NCBI GenBank assembly: GCA_964016885.1
Contig: OZ024743.1
Coordinates: 238,452,001-238,516,000 of the forward strand
DNA: 64,000 nt
From: Eledone cirrhosa
Taxonomy: Eukaryota
Direction: 5' to 3'
Position 1 is the stretch's first letter. Each line of letters starts with the position of its first letter. The translations under genes were made by a program, and so were the position numbers. Positions 1 through 15,390 of this stretch are shown one piece after another. Under the pieces are notes generated by a model. The model was not told the DNA's origin. It saw only the letters and a program-made list of their open reading frames with translations, and made no database searches.

Positions 1-192
1 CCAGTAATTTGAAGGAGACTGGGGACGTTGATTAAATCAAACCAGGGCGTTACTGGTACTTTGTTTTGTCGATCAAGTAAGGTTGAAAGGCAAAGCTAAC
101 CTCAGCGGGATTTGAACTCAGAATGCAATAGACCGTAACTATATGCCTCAAAGCATACCGACGTTCTACGGAGACTGCCAAACTACTGCCCT
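1..192 (-). mobile_element. tRNA-derived SINE (family A), degenerate copy
   Basis: Reverse complement of the family-A consensus (GGCAAAGCTAACCTCAGCGGGATTTGAACTCAG; B box GAGTTCAAATCC on the minus strand). A weaker copy lies at ~494-602. Confidence 0.75.
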
Positions 193-1852
193 AATAGCTA
201 CAAGAAATGTTTTCTAATTTACAGAGAAAAAGGAACGTCAATTAAATCTATCTCCGTACATAACTGGTACATTATTTATCGACACAATTCATTGCTCTAG
301 AATATTTATTGTCTGTATGGATCCATAACTCATTGGGGTCGTTGCGGCATCGTATTGTCATACGGCGTGTCTTGGGCATATAAAATTTGGCGGAGCCTAT
401 TCTCTCCGGGTTTGAACGCAACCGATTACTTCCAGAGAAGGGGAGAGGGTATGAGAGAAAGGAAGTGAGATAGAGATACTGAGAACGAATCGAACCCTCG
501 AAAGGATGAAAAACAAGTTGTCTTTACTGGGTTTCGAACTCAGAGAGCAGAGAGCCGGAACGAATAACACAATACATTTTATCCGACTCTGCTAAATCGC
601 CTATAATATTCATTAGCTTGGATTAAATTTACAACCTTACAGAATCATTTGTATTCAATTTCCCAATGATATCATCGGTGGGATTTGAATTCAGGGTGCA
701 GCGAGCCGGAACAAATACATAAAGGTCATTAATCAGACATCACGCCATTTTACTATAACTATTCTATTTTTTTCCACGCAATGTATCTATGATTACATCT
801 TTTATATAGACATGACAAAGTTTATTAAACCAAAGAGAAAATATGATAAAAACTGTATAATATAAATAGTCACAAGGAAACGAAAAAGAAAAAGAATAAG
901 AAATTAAACAATGAAAGAAAGGGTAAAAAAGATGGAGTCACAGACTCCACACCCCAGTCTGAGTGGTATGTTTTAGCTGCGCCCCCCGGACAAAATTGTA
1001 AAGGCATTGCCGTGATGAATGGCCAAAGTATACACAATGCAACAGCCACCTCTCTCCACGGGAATCTTTCCGATTTATGGAGGAAAACAGCAGTTCGGGG
1101 ACAGAGGACACCTGAGTCCTCGGTGGAGACCGGCGTGAAAAGGAATGTGTCTGCCATTCCTTTCATTATTTAAGGATTCTTCCTCCGCTCGTTAAAGCAG
1201 TATGTTGTTTTTGTTAAGTTCTGTCTATCTATCCAGTTCTGTTAAAACGGGCCTATGAAAAAAAAAACAAAAAAACAAAACGGTCCAGTCGTGATCGCCC
1301 CCATACATTATACAGATATAGTGTATCTAAAATTAAACTTATTCAATGTGTGCTTTTGCATTTTTATGGTAACGGTAAAATTTAGTCACTATTTTAAGCA
1401 TGGTGAGCGACCTTGTAAATGCTCCGTGGTTTGCTTGTATGCTGTATGTTAGAAAGTAGGCAGTGGTGTATAGCGTAGGACGCCAAAGCTGGTAAGTGAA
1501 ACCACATCTTACGCGGTTTTAAAATGTGCAGTTTTGAACATCCAACTGCCATGGTTTGATCCTTTCCGAATCCTCTTTGGGGGTCTCGGGATACGCAATC
1601 TTTGTGCGTCCATCCTACGCCTCCCAGGACAGGTCGCAGTCCCATTACCAGTTTTTGCGGCATGAAATGGAAACTGTAATATATTTGAACAGAGCCCTGT
1701 ACCAAAGGCCTGAACGTGCCCCTTGTTAACTCGTGCGAAGGACGATGCAGTCTGGTTCTTTGTCGTTTCTCTCACCATATTGCAGTTTCGGTGGTCTTAT
1801 TCCTGCCAGTCACCAATCTGGTACTTTCTCAAATCTGCGAAAACGGGGCTTT

Positions 1853-1855
1853 ATG

Positions 1856-1922
<67 letters not shown>

Positions 1923-1985
1923 TGAGTGTGTTCTGTTATTAATTCTGGCAATATTACACAAATATGACCCTCCCCAAGTATAACA

Positions 1986-2062
<77 letters not shown>
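1853..2062. repeat. (TA)n tracts enclosing a 69-bp orphan inverted copy (1920-1988) of the PLE 3' terminus
   Basis: 1920-1988 is the reverse complement of 2063-2131. Confidence 0.9.
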
Positions 2063-2063
<1 letters not shown>

Positions 2064-2270
2064 ATTGTTATACTTGGGGAGGGTCATATTTGTGTAATAT
2101 TGCCAGAATTAATAACAGAACACACTCACTGTTTGGTTGGTTTTCGCTTCTCGCTTCTGTGTCTTTTATATCGGTAATCTAATTTATTCGGTCCTCAATG
2201 TTGCCATTGACTGACCAACGGTCAAAAATAATACAGATACAATATAGATACAAACACATATATATAGTTT

Positions 2271-2315
2271 ATCAAAGTTCTTTCGTTGCACATCTGCAAC
2301 ATCGTCAGTGGTGCT
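2271..2315 (-). ncRNA. Type-I hammerhead-like motif in the PLE family 1 3' pLTR (stems I/III degenerate)
   Basis: Minus strand reads CTGACGA-t-GTTGCA gatg TGCAAC-GAAA-gaactt. The same motif occurs at 45424-45470. Confidence 0.65.
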
Positions 2316-2592
2316 ATTGTTTCCTCCCGTTACATTGTATGTCTACGCCATCTTTATTTAGTCTGTTTATATATTTATTTATTTATTTGTTTGTTTGTTT
2401 ATTTTATTTTGTCTTCTTTGCGCATGCGTTTGCGTGTGTGTATAGTGTTTTGTTTGATGTGTGTTCGTGATTGGGTGACTGTGTATCGGTTAATGTATTC
2501 TATCTTTACTAGTGTGTGTTTATATGTGTTTGTTGTTATTGTGCTTGTGTATGTATGTATTTATTTATTTATTTATCTATTTATTTAATTAT

Positions 2593-4951
2593 TTATACTT
2601 CTCTTAGGTCAGTGTTGTTTGTTTGGGTGTTGTTATTCCATTCATTCTTTCTGTTTAGTCTTGGGCTTCTAAGTTCTATTTCACTGGCCTCTCTGATTTG
2701 CCTATCTGCTGGGTGATTTCTATGTTTAGATATTATTCTAATTTCTATGTTGTCTATGTTACCGCCGTGTTGTTGTCTGGCATGTTTGTATAGTACTGAC
2801 CCGTTTTTTCGTCCTTTTAGTTCCCCCCAGTGTTGGTCTATCCTTTCACCTATGCTACGAGCTGTCTCGCCTATGTATGTTGTTGTCATGTTTCTGCAAG
2901 TACCCTCTGTACATCTTATGCTATAGACTACGTTTCTAGTTTTACAGTTTATCTGGGGGTTTACCTTACATATGATACATTTCCTATTAGTACAGTGGGT
3001 TTTCTTAAAAGGGTAGGTTTTGCTGATCAGGGATTTTATGGTAGTTCCTGGCTTTTCTACCACTTTAATCTTTAAGTGGGTCTTTCTCAGGGCCTTTCTA
3101 CACTGGTTAGCTAATTTCCTTCCAGGGGTAGCGTCCACAAACATGACACTCTGGTATCTCTGGTTGTCGTACCATGAGGTGGCTTTCCCTATCTTATGTC
3201 TAGCCCTATCTAAGCTATTCCATGATTTGCTGCTGTATAATGGGCAAATTCCTTTCATGTCCAGTTCTATGAGGGTTTTACACTTCTCCATGGCTCCTTC
3301 GTATACTCTGACTCTGTCTCTTTGGTTGTAGCCAGAGAACTGCATGCGGTTGATGAAGTGTTGAATGTGTCTTTCCATTTCTGTTGGGTCGCACATGTGG
3401 GAGACGTTGTTCATCACTCGTACCAAATCTGCGATCAGAATATTAAACTTAACACTACTGGACATTGCTGAGTTTTTGAGTATCAGGTATTTGGAGGCCA
3501 TGGGTTTTGCATAGTGTGAGTGGAGAATTTGAGCTCTCTCGTCTATAGTGTTAATCCAGAGTTCCGTGTCTAATACAGGTAGTCTATTGTTAGGGTGTTT
3601 GGAAGGGTAGTTGATAGTTACAGTTATACTCTGGTGTATGGAATTAGCTATCTGCTGGATGCTTTCCATTGTGCTACGTTCTAAATCAAACTTGTTAGTG
3701 CTCTCTAGTGGGGATGTTTTTATAACTATATTGATTTCGTCTACGTAACGAGAGTACATGATGAGGTCTATGGAGCTCTCATTAAGGAGATCTTTAAGTC
3801 TCCTTTCCCACCATACCATAAAAAGGTTGGCAACATCACCAGCTATGCTGACGCCAATGGCTGCTCCCTCATTTTGGGTGTAGATCTTCTCGTTGAACTT
3901 GAATATGTGGCCCTTTAGGCTAGTTTTGATACTAGCCCCTATTGGATGTGCGACTATTTTTCTTACCTGATCATTGTTTTGGGGGGTCCGTATAGCTTTG
4001 GTCCACCCAATCCACCTTCCCATGGGAGTCTTTTTTGCCATTGACGTTATGGTGGGGGTCTACCTCTTATGGGTCTACTAGGGCAGAAACGTCTAAGGTC
4101 ATGGCTGTCTAGGTAGTCAGTGTCGTAGGTAAGTCTAAGTAGGAGGCCCAGTTCGTCTGTGTCGACGTCGCAGAACTCCACCTCACTCTCAATGATCATC
4201 TCCACACATTTTTCAACATTAAAATCAATGTTAATGGATGGGTACAGTGATACCACATCCATGCTGCCTATTATGCAGTTGGATAGGTTCCTGTTTTTGT
4301 CGCACTCACTGATCCTGCTGAGGAGGTCCTCTGTACTTTCACATACATCTGGGGACATCTTGATTATGGGGCGTATAACCATTGAGAGGAAGTAGGAGAT
4401 CCTGTAGTTGCTAGCTATATTAGCTCCGCATACGGGTCTTGTTGGTGGTCCTGTTGTCGAGTCGTCGACTGTCTTGTGGTCTTTTCGGAGCCCATACAAG
4501 GGTGGTATGCCATTGTTAGACGCATGGAAGTTGTTGGCAGTGCGTCTGCTTGGCTTTAGGATGTCAGTCCACATCATCATGTGAGAGTTGAGGATTTTCT
4601 CTCTCCCATCGTGTGTTTGCTGTGCAATTTCGCTCGTGTTGGTGATGTGGGGTTGCATAGCCTTGATGTAGTTCGGCATGCTATCTATTGACATCCTACC
4701 AGACTTATCCGTGGGTAGACATACTACCTCACCATCCCTTGTGCGCTGCTTGAGGCTAACCAAGCCTTCTACAGGTTTCCTCCCAAGTTGTTGGGCCTCT
4801 GGTCTGCTCTGTCTCTTAGTATACCGGTCTACTATTTGTCTAATCTTGTTTCTAGCTATGGTGAACTGTGCCTCTGTCTCGTCATCTATTTGTTGTGGTA
4901 TGCAAACTCTTTTATTAAAGGGTAACCTCGTAGGATAGATATTACCCATCT
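2593..4951 (-). pseudogene. PLE family 1 RT-GIY-YIG polyprotein, disrupted
   Basis: Frameshift in a C-run near 4050 (GRPP|TITSMAKK). The catalytic motif reads YVDE, whereas the second copy at ~46650 reads YVDD. Confidence 0.85.
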
Positions 4952-5085
4952 TATATTTTATGTCAGCTGGGTTGAAAAATAGTTCTGTTATTAATTCTGG
5001 CAATATTACACAAATATGACCCTCCCCAAGTATAACAATATTTTCTTCGACACACGATTTCATATAAAAAACCTCGCAAAACCAA

Positions 5086-5180
<95 letters not shown>

Positions 5181-5320
5181 AGTGTAATTTACTACACAAA
5201 ACGAAGGTTATAGAGAAAATTGAGGTTGGTAATGGCACATGGAATATATAAGAGACAGAATACTTTTTTGTGAAAAAACATATAATTTTATAAGGTAAGG
5301 AAATAATAAAGGGTATAAAA

Positions 5321-5364
5321 AATGACCGGTTTCGATGGGTCTGCAAAAGCCATCTTTTCAAATG
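5321..5364 (-). ncRNA. Degenerate hammerhead in the PLE family 2 pLTR
   Basis: Minus strand reads TTGAAAA-GATGG..CCATC-GAAAC CG GTC. The core CUGANGA is mutated, but the palindromic stem III GAAACCGGTC is typical of PLE HHRs. Confidence 0.6.
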
Positions 5365-5750
5365 TTGATTAATATTAAGAAAAATTAATAATAAGAAGAG
5401 TTAAAATTTGAGATTTGAAAATTCAAGTATAAAATTCATTGTGGGATTTCATAGTAATTTTCATCTTGGTAGCAGCTCGTTTAGCAGCTCGTTGACTGCT
5501 GGGTGCCTTTCTGGTAGTGAATGAGAAGTTATTTGGGGGTGTGGGTTATTTTATAAAGGTCAAATTTAGCAATGGCCAGATGGCCAGCTGCTGGTCAGTG
5601 AGGGGGTGGAAGCAATATACATACATATATCTTCCTGTGGTAGGTAGGAGAGGGGAGATTGATAGAAAGGGATTTAGTGCACTTACACCTATATATACAC
5701 ACATACCTTCATCCACACATACATACATATACATATACATACACATATAT

Positions 5751-5782
<32 letters not shown>

Positions 5783-5902
5783 CCATACATATACACACGT
5801 ACATACACACACACATATATGCACATACACACACATATATATATATATACACACACACACATATATATACATACACATACATCCAGATACACACATACAT
5901 AC

Positions 5903-5945
<43 letters not shown>

Positions 5946-6365
5946 CACACACACACACACACGCACACACAATACATACATCCACATGCACACACAGAGA
6001 AATGGCCTCCAAATATATATATATACATACATACACATATATTTTTTCCATAATATAAGAAGTTAGGACAGTGAAATTAAAATACAAGTCATTCTGATCA
6101 CATTGAGTTCTTCATGTAGATTGGGCCCCGCAACCGACAGTGATGAATTCTGTGTGCGCATATATATATAGATATATGTGTGTGCACGTGCAGAGTTTAA
6201 CATGGATGTGTTGGTCACACAACGGCATGGTCTGTCAACGAATAAACCTGATTCTACAGAATTGGTCTCTGGTCTTTAATAGTAGTGATAATTATATACA
6301 TGCACACCTACAAACACATATATCTGTCACTCCGTGCGTATGTGTGTTTATATTTTATGACAATT

Positions 6366-9300
6366 CTATTGGGGTGATAACCCGTTTAGTTTTGGTTTAA
6401 ATTTGTTAAGGAATAGATTTTCTTTGTTTATTCTTTGTTGCTGTGTGAACGAATCTGAGCACTTGTAGAAGGGGAAGATTTTAAAGTTGGGTAGTGTCAT
6501 TCCTGCGCAGTTCGCAATATGGCTGCTCAAGGGGATTTTTCTTGTGCTAGCGTCCCGGATTTGTTGGCAGTGGATGGTCATTCTTTTGCGTAATGAGGTG
6601 CCCGTCTGTCCTATGTAGTTGTGTTTGCATCCACCGCAAGTTATTGCGTAAATCAAGTTCTCCGAGTTGCAGGTGAAATTGTTTTTTACTGTAAATGTTT
6701 GGCCATCTTTAAATGTAAATTGTTGTCCTTCAGTGAGGTAGAGGCACGTTCCACAGTTTGTTCTACCACATTTGGTAACTGTAGGGTTGAGGATTGGTTT
6801 GGGTATATTTGGTCCAGTGAGAATGCGTTTTAGTGATGTGGGTTGTCTTTTACTTTTAAGGATCTTGTGTGTTTCAAGAATAGACTTCATTTTTACATCT
6901 TTAAGTAGGATGGGGAGGTTTTTGTGTAGGTGATCAAACATTTCGGTATTTCTGGGGTTGAAAGTGGATACATATGGCAGGGTGTTGAGTGTGGTTTTCT
7001 GTTTTGGATTGTTAAGTTGATGGGGATTTAGGTGTTTTGCCCTGTCTATTCCATTGTTGATTATTTCAAGTGGAAAGGCTCTTAAGATAAGGGTGTCGTT
7101 TAGTTCCTTTATTCTTTGCTCCCGTTTAGGTGGATCTGATACTATGGTACATATACGTTTGGCCAAATTGTAAGGAATGTTAAGTTTTATATGTTTTGGG
7201 TGACTTGATGTGAAAAAGAGGTATTGCTTGGAATCTGTGGGTTTATAGAATATATCTGTATCTAATTTCCCGTCTATTACAGAGATGAGAATATCCAAGA
7301 AGGCTAATTCCTTGGGATTGGATTCCATTGTGAATTGTATGTTATTATCTATGTTGTTTATCATGTTTTTAAACATAGTAAGTGAGTTCATGTCTTCTTG
7401 CCATAGGATAAAGCAGTCGTCTAGATATCTTTTCCAATTGGCTTTGAGGTGCGTGTGGAAAGAGTCTCCAAATAAGAGAAGGGACTGACTGTATATTTGT
7501 TGTTCATGGAATCCCATGACTAGGTTGGCATATGTGGGTGCTACTTTCGTGCCCATTGCCGTACCTGATACTTGTCTGTATGTTGAACCATTGAATGTGA
7601 AGTAGTTATTTTGTAGGATAAAGCGGAGTCCGTCAGTGATAAAATCTTTGTTGATGCGTGTCGGTATTTCTGATGGGCGTGTGTTAAGCCAGTATTGGAC
7701 TGCTGTTATTCCATAGTTGTGGGGTATGTTTGTGTAGAGGTTTATTACGTCAAAGGAGACAAGAATTGTATTTGCACTTACTGTTTTAGGGAGGTGTTTC
7801 AGCATGTCAAGGTCATCTCGTATGTAGCTCTGTATATGTTGTAGAAAGGGTTTCAGTAGGATGTCCAGAAAGTTGCTAAGTCTGTGGGTTTCACATGTAG
7901 GGCCTGCTATAATTGGCCTTAGTTTTAGGTCTTCTGGTGGTGTTAGTTCAATGTAATTGTTGGTTAGGTGTCACATGCATCGTTTATGGGTTTACATTTG
8001 TGGAGTTTCGGTAAGCCGTAAAAAGAGCTTGTATTGCACTTGAAGTGGTTTATATAGTTAAACTCTTTTGTGGTTAAGCTGTTGCGGTATTTATTCAGTA
8101 AGGTCAAAAGGTTCCCCATTGTTTTGGTGTGTTTGTAGTTTTCTGTTTTTTCATAGTATGTGTTGTTTTCTAAAATGTTAAGTGCGAGGGTCCTGTAGTA
8201 GTCCGTATTCATAATGACAACAGTACTTCCTTTATCGGCTTCTTTGATAGTTATCTCAGGGTTGTTTCTAAGTGTGAATAATTCTTCCCATTCGTGTGTA
8301 GATAGGTTTGATTTCGTGTGTTTATTTGTAATTTTTTCATCGGGAAAGTTGGTGATGTGTTCGCAGTACGTGTCCAGTGCTTTATTTCTTCCCCTTTGTG
8401 GGCAGAAATTGCTTTTATTTCTAACCAGTGATTCGTCTTCAGTGTTGGTGCCGTTGTGGAAGAATTCCGTTAGTCGCAGCTTTCGGTAGTATTCCATGAT
8501 GTCATCCTTCATTTCGGGGAAGTTTGGTTTACGTGGTGTAGGTGTAAATTTCAGGCCCTTACTTAAAATGTTGATTTGTGTGTTGGTTAGAGGTGTCTTT
8601 GAGAGGTTGATTATTTTTGGTTTCTCCTGAGTATCCTGGTATTTCAGGCTTTTCCCTAAAAAAGGAATGTAGTTTTGTGTGTGATTATATTTTGTTGGTC
8701 TGTTGCGTGTGGGACTGTAGCTTGTTGTTTCATGAGGGTGAATGTGATGGTGGGGGTGGTATGTGTTGTGGTTGTTGATGAGCAAGGGTTCTGTTGTTGG
8801 TTCATGTGGTCTGGGTGCGTTATTTCTGTGGTACATAGTGTTGAGGTTGGGGGGTTGTCTTTTGTTGGATTGAGGGTGATGTCTGGTGTGGTTGTGGGTA
8901 AGTTCTGTTGTGATTTCAAGTGGTCTGGGTGGATTTCTTCTGAGGAATGTGGTGTGTGTGTTGTGAGTTGGATCTATGTTATTTCGTCGTTGCTTTATGT
9001 AGGGGGCATTTCTACGGAAACCTGTGTTGTGGTGGTTGGGTGTGTTTCTTTTGGTGTAGTTGGCCGTATTTGGTTTGTGTTGGTGGGGGATGTGCCTGTG
9101 GTTAGTGTGTGTTGGGTTTGGTGGTGTAAATGTGTCTGTTGTAGTTCTTGTTATGTTCAAATGCTTTATAAAGGGGTTACCTGTTTGGTGCGTCCTTTTA
9201 AAGTCTTCTTCATATTTGAGGAACCAGTTTTCGGATTTTTCCCACCGTTTAAGGGAAATAATTTCTGCATTCTCGCAGTCCTGTTTCCACGATTTGATTA

Positions 9301-9863
9301 CATTTTGTAGGGTTGTTCCCTCGGCCTTTTTAGTGCATTCTTCCTCCATATTTTTATCAGTATCCTTATACTCTTGCTCGTTGGAGGTGGCCCTTAATTT
9401 TAGGAGTTCTATTTCCATGTTTATCCTGTTGAGTGACATTTGTTCACGGAGTTTTCTTTCTGGTTCAGGTTCGTTTGTAATATGCTTTATTTGGAATTTA
9501 CGTGGTAAAACTATCGGTGTTGAGTTAATCCATTTTTGATAAATTCCAGCTTTGTTGAGGTTTTTTATCATATTCCAGAAAGTGAATTTTCTGGTTTGTA
9601 GATGTTTTTTCCAGAGGTGTCCCATTTAGTTTTTGATATGGAGCAATGTCGTCTGTTCTGTGTTGGTATTCATAAGTTTTTCGATGGAGTTGCATACGTT
9701 TTGAACGTTTAAAATAAATTTGGTTGTCAGTCGGTGTGGTGGTTTGGGGTATATCCTGTTTTATTGTCAGAATGGTGAGTTTTCCATTTATCTCTTTTAG
9801 GATTTTCAGGATTTCCTCATTTATATTGGAGTTTGAAGTTGTGTTGTCTTGTTCCAGTGCCAT
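6366..9863 (-). pseudogene. Neptune-type PLE polyprotein (N-terminal domain, H/N/T/P-rich linker, RT, GIY-YIG) with two frameshifts
   Basis: ORF pieces 9525-9863, 7964-9625 and 6366-7805 join through frameshifts near ~9630 and ~7965. The first ATG follows the upstream pLTR directly. Confidence 0.85.
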
Positions 9864-10138
9864 TTTCCGGATTTACGTAGGTTAGTATATATGAAAAGTG
9901 TAATTTACTACACAAAACGAAGGTTATAGAGAAAATTGAGGTTGGTAATGGCACATGGAATATATAAGAGACAGAATACTTTTTTGTGAAAAAACATATA
10001 ATTTTATAAGGTAGACCCATCGAAACCGGTCATTTTTTATACCCTTTATTATTTCCTTACCTTATAAAATTATATGTTTTTTCACAAAAAAGTATTCTGT
10101 CTCTTATATATTCCATGTGCCATTACCAACCTCAATTT

Positions 10139-10170
<32 letters not shown>

Positions 10171-10437
10171 ATTCTTTCTTTCTTTGAATCAGTAACTAAT
10201 TTGAATTTCAAGGAATTTGATTTCTTTGAAATTCCCTGCATTGTTACTATTGTTTTGATAGTTACCTCCCTTTATCCTATCTAATTACTTTGTTTATTTA
10301 TAGCTAATTTTGAAATTACCTGCCCTTGAAGAGCTCTCATATTTTTTCTAAAACAAAAATTCCATTCAACCGTGGTAGTAGCCATCTTTCTTTATTTAAC
10401 AAGCTGAATGAGTTGGGTTGTATAACCCTATTGGAAC

Positions 10438-10503
<66 letters not shown>

Positions 10504-10509
10504 AGTGTG

Positions 10510-10548
<39 letters not shown>

Positions 10549-10616
10549 TATATATAGAAAGAGGAGAGATAGAATGAACTCTATATTCATATATATAGAG
10601 AGAGATAAAGACAGAG

Positions 10617-10674
<58 letters not shown>

Positions 10675-10864
10675 AAATTGACTGCGTAACATGCGGGCTG
10701 ACCGTATTCTGACGATCCCCGCTGCATTTTACGAAACTTAGCGCCATGTTTGTCTTTTGTATGCTAACGTTGACAGTAAAATAATTGATAATCAACGACA
10801 TACATTAATCATAACACTGTTAAAGTATTTATAAGATAAAAAACTAGGATTTGTGTTTGTATTT

Positions 10865-11440
10865 GTGTTGTGGTGGTGGTGTTAGTGGTGGAAGTACTGT
10901 GGTAGTTGTAGTGGAGGTGGTGGAATAGTGATGGTGGTTGTAGTGATAGTGGTTGTGGTTGTTGTTATTGTGGTGGTGGTTGTGGAGGTGACGGTATGCT
11001 GGTGGCGTTTGGGGTAGAGGTGGCATTGGTGGAATGGTGGTGGTGCTGGTGGAATGGTGGTGGTGCTGGTGGAATGGTGGTGGTGGTGGAATGGAGGTGG
11101 TGCTGGTGGAATGGTGGTGGTGCTGGTGGAATGGTGGTGCTGGTGGTGGAATGGTGGTGGTGCTGGTGTAATGGAAGTTGTGCTGGTTAAATGGTGGTGC
11201 TGGTGGTGGAATGGTGGTGGTGCTGGTGACATGGTGGTGGTAGTAGAATGGTGGTGCTGGTGGTGGAATGGTGGTGGTGCTGGTGACATGGTGGTGGTAG
11301 TAGAATGGTGGTGCTGGTGGTGGAATGGTGGTGGTGCTGGTGGAATGGTGGTGGTAGTAGAATGGTGGTGCTGGTGGTGGAATGGTGGTGGTGGTGGAAT
11401 GGTGGTGCTGGTGGTGGAATGGTGGTGGTGGTGGAATGGC
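10865..11440. repeat. GGT-derived minisatellite (GGTGGAATGGTGGTGCT units)
   Basis: Direct inspection. Confidence 0.9.
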
Positions 11441-11649
11441 CGTGATGATAAATAAATAAATTAATTTAAAAAATGTACCAAACGAAACAAAATCAAAACA
11501 ACAAAGAAAATAGATACGATTAAAGAGGAGTGAGAAGGAGGAGGAGGAGGAGGACTATGTGCATACCAGTCATTAATGGGCTTTTCTATTTTATGTTTTA
11601 TATCCTGTCAAAGTAAATGATAGAAAGGGAGGAACTATCAAATACTCAA

Positions 11650-12400
11650 TATCAACAATAACAACAACAACACTATCAGTAATGAAAATAACAGCAACAA
11701 CAACAATCATGACAATAACAGCAACGACAATATCAGTAAGGACAATAGCAACAACAAAAACATTAATAACAACAATAGCAACAACAGCATCATTAGTAAT
11801 GACAATAGCAATAACAACAATACCAATAACAACAACAACATCAACAACAACAATAATAACAATAATAACAATATCAACAACAGCAACAACAATAACAATC
11901 GCAACAACAGCAACATCAATAATGACAATAACAACAACAACAATAGCAACAACAGCAAAATTAGTAATGACAATAACAATAACGACAATGTCAGTAATAA
12001 CAACAACAACAACAGCAACATCAATAATGACAATAACAACAACAGCAAAATTAGTAATGACAATAGCAATAACAACGATATCAGTAATGACAACAACAAC
12101 AGCAACATCAATAATGACAATAACAACAACAGCATCATCAGTAATAACAACAAAAATAGCATTAGTAATGGCAACAACAACATTATCAATAATAGCAATA
12201 ACAATAACAAGAACAACAGCAACTCAATAATAACCGTAATAACAATATCACATAGTAAAAAACAATATAAAACAATAAAACAACATAACAATAAAAGTAA
12301 TAACAAAAATAACAACATAATAACAGCAATAAGAGGAAAAACTGCATTATAACAGTAATAATAATAATAATAATAATGGTTTAATAATAATAATAATAAT
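11650..12400. repeat. AAC/AAT low-complexity repeat ending in (TAA)n
   Basis: Direct inspection. The poly-T and poly-L ORFs here are artefacts. Confidence 0.9.
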
Positions 12401-12401
12401 G

Positions 12402-13368
12402 ATTTAATTTATTAGCCACAAGGGCCAACATGTAGGGGACAATACAAAGACAGGGACAGTGGGGGTTTACAATAAGGTCGAGTAAAAGTGCACAATGGCA
12501 AGACTAATTTAACAATGAAAATATAAAAATATAGAATAAACTAAGCATAAATATAACAAAATAAATTCCCCGATAGGGGGTGGACGACCCTGGGGTGACT
12601 CGGGTACCCCAACAATCCTGAACCACCCTGCGCTTCTAGGGCACCCAGGGAGAGCACCCCTTTCCTCAAGTTAGCTAGCCTATAGGCGCATGGTCAGAGT
12701 AGGCCCATTCACACGAGCCATTCTCGCCACATTCACCCACCTTTTAGCAAATGTACTGGGGAGCAGCACTTCTCTCTCCACCCTCACCTTCCTTTCCAGG
12801 TGAAACTTAAAGAAGTTTATGACGGATTGGCCGAAGAGAAAAGTGTCTGTCTTTAGTCCTTTCAACCTGGTTCACCATATAATCTCTTTCGCAACTGCCA
12901 CCAGACAGAGGAAAATTGCCTGCTCTTCCTTACCTAAGGAAGGCGGTGGATCGATCTTCACTATGAACTCGGCCGATAGCCGGATTCGTTCCACACGCGA
13001 CAGTAGCTGTTCGACATAACTCCACAAGTCAGTAATGCACGGACATTGGACAAGTGCGTGCAGAACGGTTTCGTCGTTCTGTGCACATCTTGGGCAGGTC
13101 CGCCTGACAGCACTTCCGTGCCTGTAGAGTTTATCTCGAACCGGCAGTGCCCCCCGGTAGCACTGCCAAGCGAGGGATTTCTGGAAATTGTCCATCGTCC
13201 CCGGCTCAAAAGTCCTCCGGTACAGACTGGTCAGTTCGACTTCGTCGAGGCCCAAAGCTTCTCCGAGTGCGTCATCGCACTTGCCCACCACTAATCCTCT
13301 ATAGAACTCGAGAGTGGAAGTTCCACTGATCGCATTGCCCGCTTGGTAGAGGGCAGTAAGTGACTGGC
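12402..13368 (-). mobile_element. 3' fragment of an L1/Tx1-clade LINE (zf-RVT CCHC region plus 3' UTR) in a TAA repeat
   Basis: LAWQCYRGALPVRDKL..CPRC..ETVLHALVQCP..W..AKEIIW*TR, continuing into ORF 12680-12865. (TAA)n lies on both flanks. Confidence 0.85.
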
Positions 13369-13592
13369 AATAATAATAAACTATCATCAGTAATAATCGA
13401 GACGTAGAAAACGTCGAAAAGTGACAATGAATAAATATAAAGAAATAAGAAAGCAAAGATACAAAGATACAAACACACACATGTATATATATATATATAC
13501 ATTTACATCACGCAGGTATATATATATATATATATACATACTTACATGCATACACATTTCTACATGTACGTATACACACACAAACAAACAGA

Positions 13593-14367
<775 letters not shown>

Positions 14368-14499
14368 TATATGTAAATGTATATGAATGTACTTGTATAC
14401 ATATATGCATATACGCATAAATACATATGAGTATATGCATATATATGTATATATGTATATATGTATATATATGTATATATGTATTTATCTATATATCAA

Positions 14500-15349
<850 letters not shown>

Positions 15350-15390
15350 GCATTCGATTGCACTCGACAAGTTTTCTGGAGTATAATATT

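Larger units (their letters stand above)
2063..5085 (-). mobile_element. Penelope-like retroelement family 1 (RT + GIY-YIG endonuclease; Nematis-like clade is tentative), 5'-truncated and flanked by (TA)n
   Basis: ORFs 4047-5063 and 2593-4041 carry PLE RT motifs (PTDKSG, LYGLRKDHK, RPVCG, SMDVVSLYPSI, QNEGAAIG, RYVD, LPVLD) and a Cys linker plus GIY-YIG (CTNRKCIIC..NVVYSIRC..YIGETARS..R..QH, E..I..P.LN). An inverted copy of the 3' terminus lies at 4982-5040. Confidence 0.92.
5175..10142 (-). mobile_element. Near full-length Penelope-like element family 2 (Neptune-type) with direct and inverted pseudo-LTR copies
   Basis: 5175-5296 is repeated directly at 9890-10013 and, as ~5213-5341, inverted at 10014-10142. 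RT motifs: IKEADKGS, FYGLPKLHK, RPIIAG, SFDVINLYTNIP, QVSGTAMGT..APTYAN, RYLDD. EN motifs: CGRTNCGTC..TCNSENLIYAITCGGC..YIGQT..R..H. Confidence 0.95.

Noticed and set aside
870-1850. GC-richer block with short ORFs (870-1166, 1394-1705, 1509-1778)
   Set aside because: I found no recognisable domain or terminal structure. It is probably an old repeat but cannot be supported.
4041-4050. Programmed frameshift or two-ORF organisation in PLE family 1
   Set aside because: The break lies within the RT at a C-run, and the same copy has YVDE, so simple decay is more likely.
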